Source: Limisphaerales bacterium
GTDB taxonomy: Bacteria; Verrucomicrobiota; Verrucomicrobiia; Limisphaerales; JAJOIW01
Assembly (NCBI GenBank): GCA_965657355.1
Contig: CBFHOE010000006.1
Location: 207,217-271,216 of the forward strand
DNA length: 64,000 nucleotides
Direction of reading: 5' to 3'
This document shows positions 41,813 to 51,091 of the stretch, piece after piece. Under the pieces are notes generated by a model. The model had not been told where the DNA came from and ran no database searches. It saw only the letters and a program-made list of their open reading frames with translations. The number at the start of each line of letters is the position of its first letter. Positions within the stretch are counted from its first letter, which is position 1. The position numbers were made by a program, and so were the translations under genes.

Positions 41813-41992
41813 GGATCAAACTCGGTAATTATAGCGACTGTACTACCATTTTTGTGTGTGATGTGGTTCCTGGTCAAAGAAAAAGGAATTTTTGACCCCC
41901 TAATTTTCATAAATTAATGAGAATGATGGATTTAGGGGTTTTGAGAAATCGCCGATTTATTTCGAGGTAAGGACAGTGTCATTTTTCGTGAT

Positions 41993-44900
41993 ATGGAACG
42001 AGCACATCAAAAAAATCTAGAAGAAATCCTCGATCAAATTAAAGGCTTATACGACGAAAACAGAGTCGAACAAGCCCTGGAGGTCATCAGGGATTCAGCT
42101 CATATGGATTCCAGAGATGAGAATTCTCTCGGAAAATTAGCTGATTTTTTAGTTGGAGCAGGGGAATTTGCTAGTGCCAGAAAAGTGCTACTAAAATTAG
42201 TGTTAATAGCGCCGACACTGGAAAATAACTACCAGTTGGCCCGATGCTGCCACCTTTCTGGTTGGACGGACCATGCTACCATCATCTTGGATCGCATCCA
42301 GGAGTTTGAGAAAGAAATCCCGGCAAAAATACACAAGCTTCATGGGGATATTTTGATGGCACGTCAGGATTGGGATGGGGCGCTTTTGAAGTATTCCAAA
42401 GCGAATAAGCTAGATTCCGATGATTCCGAAATTCTGGCTAGTATTGCGAAATGTTCACGCCAATTAGGTATCCATCCAGATTCCAACCAGGGGAAAGAAT
42501 TTTTGACTAAAAGTTTGGATTTCGAACCGGATTTTACGGAGACAAAAGAGCCACTGAATCAGGCGGAGAATCCTCTGGGGCAAAAAGAAAACAGCTTCCA
42601 TAAAGAGGTAGAAAATAAATGCGAGAGGTTTTCATTTTGGCAGGGGCAGGAATACGACACTGATTGTGGAATTCCTTGTGAGCAAATACCGGAAGATTTT
42701 ATCTCGGTAGTAATTCCCGTCTGCAATCACGAGGCACTCCTCAAACCCCAATTGGAATCACTCCTGAGGCAAAATCTGTCTCGTGGACTTGAAATCCTCG
42801 TCGTGGATTATGGATCGATCGAAAATGAAGAATCGGTAGTCCATTTTTTTGATGGTCACAAATTTCCGGTGCGGTATCAAAAATCAGGCTCCAAAAATAA
42901 AATTGATGCCTACAACGCAGGGGCGAAAGGTGCTTCGGGTGAATACATCCTTTTTGCCCGACCTGGTGAAACACTTCGAGAAGACGCGGGTGTTAGGTTT
43001 ACCAAAGCTATAAGGAGCCGGGAGGGGGTTAAGGCCGTATACTCCGACTGGGCTCAATCATTTCTGCCTAATGACAACTTTATAAACCCAAGCATCGCTC
43101 AAACATATAGATACCAAGCCCATGAGAATCGGTTTTTATTACGATTTTTATTAGCTGCTGGGCCCTTATTGGTGGATAAAAGCTGGTTGGATGAATTGAT
43201 GTATCTTACCAAAAGCAAGTCCTCTCCATTTCATGAGTTCCTCTTAAGAACAGCTATTGCAGGCGGCGAGATCGTGTCAATTCCAGAGGTTTTAGGACTA
43301 AGGTATTGTGCTTCACATGATGATATCCAAAGTGAAATTGCAGAGCTCAATGAGCTAACAGAGTCATACATCAACGATTTCCCCATCGAAAGGATCTACG
43401 ATATCGATCCTGAAAACCAAGATGAGGTAGCTAATGTTTGGGTCGCCTTGGGAAATTGGATGCTTGATGATTACAGATGCCCTGCAGGAAAGTACGCATC
43501 TGATGAGATGGATTTAGCCGTCCTATGTTTCAAAAGAGCTCTGGATCACTCACCAGCACATGAAAGCGCTATTCAAAATTTGGCCATGACATCAACGGCT
43601 CTGGGCCAGCAGGATGATATTTTATCTTATGTCGACAGGTTACACTTAACGAAGAAAAAACATCTGATATCCAGTGTTAAAAAATACAGAAGAAATTTCT
43701 CCAAAGTGGAAATGGGAACTGCGTCGGGCGGTGGAGAATACCGCGATAAATGGACAGATAAAGTTGTTGATAGCTTTCACATAGCGGATGGGTGGCGCCA
43801 GGATAATACTCAGAAATGTATCGCTACACATCAATCCGACACACAGTTAACAATTCCAATTAGATGGGTAGGCACTTTTTTTGCTGATATAAACCAATCA
43901 TCAGTCGCTATAGAATGGGCTCAAAGCCTTTCTAGTCTCCAAAATGTTGGTATGTGTCATTGTGGAAATCAATACTCACGGCCATTTGTTCATGGACTGC
44001 CGCATACTTTGAGACAGCGTTTATATGCGATGAGTGAAAGATATGATGACCTCGACAAAGGAATAGCTATTTATCATAACGTGTCTGAGGATACGGAGTT
44101 ATTGTCAAACTCTGATTACCACATAGGTATAGCCAACGCATCATCCAGCAGTCTCTGTCCAGCAGTTGTTAAAATCTACAATCAATTTGATGAAGTCTGG
44201 GTCGCCAATTCGTTTTTAAAGGATATTGTCATTCGCTCCGGAGTCGAAAAACGAAAAGTCGAGCGGATACCACTGAGTTTTGACAATCACTTTTTTGCGC
44301 CTAAAAATATCGATTCTTCGATTCCATCTCAAAAAACAGATTTTCAGTTTTTAGCCATTGTCGACGATCCTAAAAGGTGTGGCTTGGATCTTTCCGTCCA
44401 AGCATTCTTGGAACAATTTAATACAAATGAAAGCGTCAGCTTGTTGGTATTTCCATGTGGCACTTCCACTGAAAGGCTCGAGAACATTAAAAGCATTCAA
44501 GCCACTTTATCCGAATATGTATCTTCCTCACACTCATCCAGAATTAAAATTATTGAAGACGCTATTCTTTGGAATGAATTACCAGAACTTATAAATGAAT
44601 CAGATTGTGTCGTATTGCCGTATCGTTTTGAGGCTTACGGTATGGAAGTGGTTCGAGCGATTGGATGTGGCCGGCCTGTCATAAGCACAAACCATGGCGG
44701 GGTGGGTGAACTTTTGGAGAGTGGGAATATTGAGCTCATTTCACATTCTCCTCTTCATTCAAGCGAATCAACACCTGCAAAAAACGGATGGGTCGAGCCA
44801 TCATTGGAGGAGCTCAAACAATCATTGATAAACGTTGTCAATGATCCCGATTTATTTTTTAAAAGAGCTGGGGCGGCTGCCGTCGGGCTGACAAATTTAT

Positions 44901-47557
44901 ACGGCCAGATTGTTGTTGAGAAAATATTGGAGAACAAATTATCTCAGATTGAGGCTAAGTTAGCCAATCCAACACTAGAGCCAATTTCCATGCAGCCGGA
45001 GGATTATCAGATTGTTGATTTGGAGCATGCGAATGAAACTTCAGAGAGACCAAATAATCAGGATGTCTTCTTCGAAGGCGAGATGGTCGGGCAAGACACA
45101 TCGGCGAGGTTTAACAACCAATTCCTTACCCATTTGGATGCATGCCATCACATCAATGTCTCACGCTTGAGTCAGGACTCCGAAAGCATGAAATCTGATC
45201 AAAGGTTATTAATCAGGAATTTATCTTCTCAAAAATTTTTAAAACCAAGCCATGGTCTTCGTTGGGTCCACATGGCCGATTGGAGTTTTAGTCGCATACC
45301 TCAGGACTGGGTTCAAAGGCTTGAAAATGCAGATGACATTTGGGTTACTTCGGAATTCCAGAGAAGAGCCTATGTCGATTCAGGCGTTGATCCATCAAAG
45401 CTCACACTTATTCCTGTCGGTATTGATACCGATATTTTTAATCCAGGCGCGGAGCCCATAAAATTAAATGCCAAAAAGGTTTATCGATTTCTTTATATCG
45501 GCAAAGGGGAATGGGGCGGCGGTGTCGACCTTTTGCTAAATTCTTTCTATGAAAGTTTCAAGGGGAAGTCTAATGTTGAACTCGTTCTCGTCGATGCTGG
45601 TTCGGGGGATGGGCAAACAAGCTTAAGAGGGCTTGCTGATCAATTCTCGGCAAAGCCGGATGCTCCTTCGATCAATTATATGATCGGTGATTTCACAGAT
45701 GCTGAATTTGCCTCGTTATACACAGCCTGTGATTGTTTTGTATCTCCTCATCGTTGTGAGTCGTATGGAATGAGAGTCCTTGAAGCAATGTCCTGCGGGC
45801 TACCAGTGATTGTAACCGGCGGAGGTTCTACTGATGATTTTGTTGGTGATAATGTTGGGTATAGAGTTCCAGCTTATCGGCGTAGGGTGGGTAATAATGA
45901 CACCCACCCGAAGCTCGCCGGGCCTGGATTTTATTTGGAAGCAGACATATCAGCTCTTGGTGCTGAAATGACTCACGTTTTGTATCATCCACAACAAGCA
46001 GCCGAGGTTGGAAAAAATGCCTCAAAATGGATTTTATCAAGTCGACGTTGGGATGCATCTATAAAAATAGCGTCTGAAAGAATCCATCTCTTATCAAAAA
46101 AGTTTGCCATTGGAGAATCCAAATCTGGAGATCGTGATGGGGCTTGGCAAAGCTTGGAGAACCTCACCGAAAAGGGGCCTGCTCAGAAGGCTTGGACCAC
46201 GATGTGCAGTGCTATTAAAAATAAACCTTTCAACCCTGATGCATGCCGTGGCCTTCTGAATTTATCAATTAAAAACAACTGGAATTCAACCGCTCAAACC
46301 ATTCAGAAATGGATGATGAAGTGGTTGGATACTGACGCAACTAGGATTGGATCAGAAGCTATCGAGACTAGATCGCTTGAAAACTCAAAACCTAATTGGG
46401 CGTCATTGCCATCCATCATCAGCGAGGAAAACCAGCCCCCCAAACTGACCGTCGCTGTAGAAGTTTCATCATTTAGTGAAGAAACCCGCAAAATGCTTCA
46501 GCCATTCTCAACCATGGCGCATCAAATTATCTTATGTGGGCATGGGGCTGGTCCGGATCCCTTGTTGTTAGATGACATAGAAGCTGAATGGACAAGCGTA
46601 GACACCAGTTGTTCCATTCAAGATCGTCGAAATAACATCGTTGATCAATCTTCAGGCGATTGGATCTTATTCCTTGAGGAAGGAGAAAGTTTTGATGAAT
46701 CAAATTTAAATTCCCTATATGGAGCGATGACTACGCCAAAAGTTATTGCTTGTTCTTTCCCGAAAATAACTATTTTGGGTGAGGGTAAAAAATCTAGAGA
46801 ATTTGCGCTCAGATTATTCAGAAACGCGCCGGGATTAATTTTCACTGGAGATATTTATGAACACCTTTCATGTGATTGGCATGACGTGTGTTCGAGATGG
46901 AATCTTTCTATAACACATGAACCAATAATTCTGTCTTCTCAGAAAATCTCGTACCAACAATTCACGGTGCAAAGGCGATCGATAAAAGAAGAGCTTAAAT
47001 CTTTAGTAGCGGAAAACCCATTAGACCTTCGACTTAGATTTAACTTGGCTGAGGAACTGAGTGTTTTTGATTTAACTGATGAAGCCCAACACCAGTATTT
47101 GAAAATAATTCAAATTCTGGCACAAAAGCAGTCAGATATTTGCTATGCTCCGGTTTTAGAGAATACATTCACTAGCCTTGCTGAGTTATTATTAAAAAAG
47201 GAACAATTTAATCAGATTGTCGATTTGTTCGACGAAGATCTCATCAGAATTCATGGTCTAACTTCATCAATGCACCATTTAAAAGCAAAAAGTTTTATAG
47301 GCCTGAATGAAACGGACAAAGCAACTGTCGAATTTTTAAAAGCCCAAGAGAAAAAACATATCCATTCACATGTCATGACCTGTGAAGAAATCGGGGAAGG
47401 CTCTCTCGAAGATAAAACAAGAGATCTCATTAATAATACCGACTCCTCCGTTATCTCCAATACTTGGGATAGGGGGACTCAATCTGGTCGGTCCACCGTT
47501 TCGATTGATGATGACGAGCGGCCCTCAGAAGAGGATTTTGTGCCTCTCTCCATGTGA
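41993..47557 (+). CDS. Giant multidomain glycosyltransferase (TPR-GT2-TPR-GT4-GT4-GT2-TPR)
   Basis: TPR helices; ISVVIPVCNH..VVDYGS; EAYGMEVVRAIGCGRPVI; ESYGMRVLEAMSCGLPVI; GDWILFL..LRLFRNAPGLIFTGDIYE. Confidence 0.85.
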   Translation: MERAHQKNLEEILDQIKGLYDENRVEQALEVIRDSAHMDSRDENSLGKLADFLVGAGEFASARKVLLKLVLIAPTLENNYQLARCCHLSGWTDHATIILDRIQEFEKEIPAKIHKLHGDILMARQDWDGALLKYSKANKLDSDDSEILASIAKCSRQLGIHPDSNQGKEFLTKSLDFEPDFTETKEPLNQAENPLGQKENSFHKEVENKCERFSFWQGQEYDTDCGIPCEQIPEDFISVVIPVCNHEALLKPQLESLLRQNLSRGLEILVVDYGSIENEESVVHFFDGHKFPVRYQKSGSKNKIDAYNAGAKGASGEYILFARPGETLREDAGVRFTKAIRSREGVKAVYSDWAQSFLPNDNFINPSIAQTYRYQAHENRFLLRFLLAAGPLLVDKSWLDELMYLTKSKSSPFHEFLLRTAIAGGEIVSIPEVLGLRYCASHDDIQSEIAELNELTESYINDFPIERIYDIDPENQDEVANVWVALGNWMLDDYRCPAGKYASDEMDLAVLCFKRALDHSPAHESAIQNLAMTSTALGQQDDILSYVDRLHLTKKKHLISSVKKYRRNFSKVEMGTASGGGEYRDKWTDKVVDSFHIADGWRQDNTQKCIATHQSDTQLTIPIRWVGTFFADINQSSVAIEWAQSLSSLQNVGMCHCGNQYSRPFVHGLPHTLRQRLYAMSERYDDLDKGIAIYHNVSEDTELLSNSDYHIGIANASSSSLCPAVVKIYNQFDEVWVANSFLKDIVIRSGVEKRKVERIPLSFDNHFFAPKNIDSSIPSQKTDFQFLAIVDDPKRCGLDLSVQAFLEQFNTNESVSLLVFPCGTSTERLENIKSIQATLSEYVSSSHSSRIKIIEDAILWNELPELINESDCVVLPYRFEAYGMEVVRAIGCGRPVISTNHGGVGELLESGNIELISHSPLHSSESTPAKNGWVEPSLEELKQSLINVVNDPDLFFKRAGAAAVGLTNLYGQIVVEKILENKLSQIEAKLANPTLEPISMQPEDYQIVDLEHANETSERPNNQDVFFEGEMVGQDTSARFNNQFLTHLDACHHINVSRLSQDSESMKSDQRLLIRNLSSQKFLKPSHGLRWVHMADWSFSRIPQDWVQRLENADDIWVTSEFQRRAYVDSGVDPSKLTLIPVGIDTDIFNPGAEPIKLNAKKVYRFLYIGKGEWGGGVDLLLNSFYESFKGKSNVELVLVDAGSGDGQTSLRGLADQFSAKPDAPSINYMIGDFTDAEFASLYTACDCFVSPHRCESYGMRVLEAMSCGLPVIVTGGGSTDDFVGDNVGYRVPAYRRRVGNNDTHPKLAGPGFYLEADISALGAEMTHVLYHPQQAAEVGKNASKWILSSRRWDASIKIASERIHLLSKKFAIGESKSGDRDGAWQSLENLTEKGPAQKAWTTMCSAIKNKPFNPDACRGLLNLSIKNNWNSTAQTIQKWMMKWLDTDATRIGSEAIETRSLENSKPNWASLPSIISEENQPPKLTVAVEVSSFSEETRKMLQPFSTMAHQIILCGHGAGPDPLLLDDIEAEWTSVDTSCSIQDRRNNIVDQSSGDWILFLEEGESFDESNLNSLYGAMTTPKVIACSFPKITILGEGKKSREFALRLFRNAPGLIFTGDIYEHLSCDWHDVCSRWNLSITHEPIILSSQKISYQQFTVQRRSIKEELKSLVAENPLDLRLRFNLAEELSVFDLTDEAQHQYLKIIQILAQKQSDICYAPVLENTFTSLAELLLKKEQFNQIVDLFDEDLIRIHGLTSSMHHLKAKSFIGLNETDKATVEFLKAQEKKHIHSHVMTCEEIGEGSLEDKTRDLINNTDSSVISNTWDRGTQSGRSTVSIDDDERPSEEDFVPLSM

Positions 47558-48351
47558 GCCAACTCAATATACAATGGAGTATTTTAGCGTGGATGAAATG
47601 GTGCTTTTCTCCCGTGCGGACCTTCTGGCCTGGGTTTAAAAAGAAATGGTCATGTTCATTCAAGAGATACGGGAAGAAAAGCCAAAGACATACATCCTTT
47701 TCAATAAAATCAAATTTGACTATATCTTGAACAATTGGCGGCTCTAGGAAGGGGTAGGCGATAGAATAGGAATTCTATTACCAAGAATTATCTTCGACTC
47801 AGGGATCCTTGTGCTGATGCTCCTGGTCAAAAGACAGTCGTTTCGAGAATGGGCTTTCAAGGCGTCAGGCAGGCAAAAAAATTCAGAGGATTTTTGAAAA
47901 ATAAATAGTGATGAATAAGACAATAAATTATTGTCTGTAAAACCAGCCACAGAAGATCGGGCTCTCATTCTTCATGGCGTCGTATGGTTCATAGGAAAAC
48001 AATATCCGAATCCTTATTTTCCCAACTACAAATCCATATCGGCATTCTGGTCTTAATCGCTTGTAGAAAAAAATAAGCTACCGTGCATCTGGAAAATCAG
48101 AGACGTAATCAGCAATTATCCCCTTAACGTTAAAACTTCGTGTTTGGTTTCTTAAGGGATATTTCAACGGTTTATCCGTCTTACCGTCTTACGTCAAAAG
48201 ACGTATATTGTGCCAGGCAAAAGATTTAATCTTATTTCAAAAACTGTTTAAAAAGGAATGAGCTGGATAAGAATTATGGGTTAGACTTAACTTTTTTGCG
48301 AAAATGGGCTATATTTATCTATTCTGATTATCACATTGAGAACCACTTATT

Positions 48352-49107
48352 ATGCGCAACCAATTTCAATCACAAAGATATGAGTATAAATATCAAATTG
48401 AGAATAGCACTGCGCTGCAGATTAGAAACTTTCTGGGGGCTTATTTAGATTTGGATGAGTATGGGGCATCAATGCCAAATTTTTCCTACCCAGTCCATAG
48501 CCTGTATTTTGATTCAGATCGCTTGGATCTCTTTCACTCGACCATCAATGGCGACAAAAATAGATACAAGCTTAGAGTGAGGTTTTACGAAAATAGGCCG
48601 GGAGCTCCTGTATTTTTTGAGATTAAGAGCAGAATGAATAACACCATCTCAAAATCTCGCGGAGGTGTTTTGAGAGAAGCTGTGCCCGTCGTTGTTTCTG
48701 GATCCATACCTTCACGGGAAGACTTTATGTCCCAAGATCCATCGCAAATTTTCGCTATTGAAGATTTTATTCGCCTTGCCCAGGGCATAGGTGCCAAGCC
48801 ACAAACCCATGTTTACTACTTGCGTGAGGCCTGGCTAGCACGGCATGACAATTCCGTAAGAGTGACAATGGACAGAAATGTTCAGTCCTGCGTGGAAAGG
48901 TCGCTGGAATTATCTCCCGAAATGGAAAGCCCGGTGTGGCCTTTTGGTAACAGGGTCATTTTGGAACTTAAGTTTACTAATAAATTTCCGAATTGGTTTC
49001 TCGAGTTGGTCCGTATTTTTAATTTGAAGCAGACTGGTGCTGCCAAATACGTGGACGGGCTCTCCTCAATGCAGGGAGAGGCATTGGAATTCCCTTATTA
49101 TGTTTAA
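48352..49107 (+). CDS. VTC (polyphosphate polymerase-like, CYTH/TTM fold) domain protein
   Basis: RYEYKY, VHSLYFD, RYKLRVRFY, FFEIKSR, YLREAW, VRVTMD, ILELKF, KY. Confidence 0.88.
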   Translation: MRNQFQSQRYEYKYQIENSTALQIRNFLGAYLDLDEYGASMPNFSYPVHSLYFDSDRLDLFHSTINGDKNRYKLRVRFYENRPGAPVFFEIKSRMNNTISKSRGGVLREAVPVVVSGSIPSREDFMSQDPSQIFAIEDFIRLAQGIGAKPQTHVYYLREAWLARHDNSVRVTMDRNVQSCVERSLELSPEMESPVWPFGNRVILELKFTNKFPNWFLELVRIFNLKQTGAAKYVDGLSSMQGEALEFPYYV

Positions 49108-49125
49108 ATAGTAGACTTGTGTGAT

Positions 49126-49143
49126 TTGTCACTAAAATGTAAC
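49126..49143 (+). promoter_or_regulatory. Pho-box-like direct repeat (OmpR/PhoB family site candidate)
   Basis: TTGTCAC-TAAA-ATGTAAC with 11-bp period, 40 nt upstream of the DUF4956 ATG. Confidence 0.4.
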
Positions 49144-49183
49144 TTTCGACAGAAATTAAACGTCTCAACGCGTTGAAACCACG

Positions 49184-49867
49184 ATGGATTGGTTGTTTTC
49201 AAGTGATATGGGCACAGTGCCCACAGATTTTAGAGGCCTTGGATTGGGTCTGCTCTTGGCCTTTGTTTGTGGCCAAGTTATGTCGTGGATATACATGCTC
49301 ACCCACACAGGGCTTTCCTATTCCAGAACTTTCGTCAATTCATTAGTTGTTATCCCTGTGATAGTGGCTTTGGTAATGCAGATTCTGCAGAATAGTTTAG
49401 TGACAGCATTCGGAATGATGGCTGTCTTTGCGATAGTTAGATTTAGGAATATTCTGCGAGATACACTTGATACGAGTTTCATACTAACCACGATTGTCGT
49501 GGGTATGGCTTGCGGCACCATGAAATTTGCCTCAGCCGCTTTTGGTACTGCACTTGTCAGTTTGATTTTAGTTTATCTTTGGGCAACTGAATATGGAGCG
49601 CGCCACAGATACGACGCCGTGGTGAATTTTCACTTTGAAAAGCCAAGCTCTGGTGATTTTGAATTTGGTCAATTGTTCACAAGGCATTTATTGAAAAGTT
49701 ATCTAGCCAATCAAAGACCCCACGATGGGGTTGAGGGTGTTGATTTCAGTTACCGAGTCCGCCTACGAGACCCGGAAAAGTTAAGTTTATTTTTGGATGA
49801 GTTAAGAGATTTCCCAGGCGTTTCTCGAGTAACAGGTTTGAGAGCCACTGACGAAAGTGAAGTTTAA
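49184..49867 (+). CDS. DUF4956 membrane protein (MgtC-like TM region plus small C-terminal domain)
   Basis: SYSRTFVNSL, AFGMMAVFAIVRFRN, VGMACG. Confidence 0.88.
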   Translation: MDWLFSSDMGTVPTDFRGLGLGLLLAFVCGQVMSWIYMLTHTGLSYSRTFVNSLVVIPVIVALVMQILQNSLVTAFGMMAVFAIVRFRNILRDTLDTSFILTTIVVGMACGTMKFASAAFGTALVSLILVYLWATEYGARHRYDAVVNFHFEKPSSGDFEFGQLFTRHLLKSYLANQRPHDGVEGVDFSYRVRLRDPEKLSLFLDELRDFPGVSRVTGLRATDESEV

Positions 49868-50979
49868 TGAGCGAATTTGACACAGAGATAAATCAATCAA
49901 TAAAAACAGAGCCTATTAAAGTTCCTTTTGCTGTTCGCTTACGACAATTTCGAGCTGGCTTTGCACCTCTGATTGTATTCGTTTTCTCACTCATTTGCTT
50001 AAGCATTATGTGGAGTGACTTCCTGGCTCATCATCCAGTGGGTTTCGAGGGACGCATCACAGCGAAAAATATAGAAGTTAAAAGCCCAACATATGGTCAG
50101 ATAAAAGACGTTTATGTGAAGCCATTTCAGCAGGTAAGAGCCGGGGACCTTTTGATGGTTATATCCAAGTCGACGCCAAATTTTTCCGAAGCCGCTGTTG
50201 CGCAGTTGAAAGCTGAGATGGAATTATTCAAAGCCAACCAGCTGAATAACTTCAATGATACTGTTTTACGATTTCAGCGCTTAAAACTAGAGCTCCTGGA
50301 GAATAAATCCTCCTTGGCATCAAAGCGTATCGAATATGCCCAATCGATCCGCACTTATAAAAGGATCTTGGAGCTCGCCGAGTCCGACATTTCATCAGAC
50401 CAGGATAGTGAGGACGCACAAGCCCAGATGGAAAGCTTAGAAGCCGAGGTCGAATCCCTAGCCTCCCTCGTCGAGAATATTCAGAGCAACATGTCTTTAC
50501 TGGGAAAACAAATCGAACCGAGCTCTCTCAATCCAGAATCGCTGAGTGGTTTTCAGGCTGCCTTCGACCTTGCCGAGGCAAAGTTTGATCTCATGGAGGA
50601 AGAATATGGCCCGACAGAAATTGTAGCGCCCATTAATGGCATTGTGGCCGATTTTGTTTCTACTGCAGGTAGACGTGTTTTTGAGGGAGATCAATTGCTT
50701 TCTATTGAGTCAAATGTCGTTGATTCCATAGTTGCTTACATACCTGAACCCATAAGCACTTTTCCAGAAAAAGGAGATACATTATTCGTGAGTTTGGACA
50801 ATAGTCCCAAATTTAAAACTCAGATCCAAGCCGTCGGGGCTCAAATCAAGCAAATCCCATCAAGGTTCTCACCGACACACTCGCAGACCAAAAATCATTT
50901 TGGCCTCCCCATCCAATTATCTCTTCCCAGTGCCTCTCAGTTCGCTTTGCCGGGGCAAAAAGTATACATCTCATACTAA
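49867..50979 (+). CDS. HlyD-family periplasmic adaptor / membrane fusion protein
   Basis: N-terminal TM, lipoyl half-motifs VKSPTYGQI..VRAGDLL and IVAPINGIV..VFEGDQL flanking a long coiled coil; TAATG overlap with DUF4956. Confidence 0.82.
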   Translation: MSEFDTEINQSIKTEPIKVPFAVRLRQFRAGFAPLIVFVFSLICLSIMWSDFLAHHPVGFEGRITAKNIEVKSPTYGQIKDVYVKPFQQVRAGDLLMVISKSTPNFSEAAVAQLKAEMELFKANQLNNFNDTVLRFQRLKLELLENKSSLASKRIEYAQSIRTYKRILELAESDISSDQDSEDAQAQMESLEAEVESLASLVENIQSNMSLLGKQIEPSSLNPESLSGFQAAFDLAEAKFDLMEEEYGPTEIVAPINGIVADFVSTAGRRVFEGDQLLSIESNVVDSIVAYIPEPISTFPEKGDTLFVSLDNSPKFKTQIQAVGAQIKQIPSRFSPTHSQTKNHFGLPIQLSLPSASQFALPGQKVYISY

Positions 50980-51091
50980 AAATTGATCCATGAATCTGAG
51001 TTGCCAATGACTTCCTGATTATAAATCTGGTTGGACTGAAAAAACGTAATAAACGAATATTGCGAGGTATCTCAAAAGACGCAGTCTCCTC

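Noticed and set aside
48200..48218. Sigma-54 promoter (TGGCAC on the minus strand)
   Set aside because: No TTGC at the -12 position
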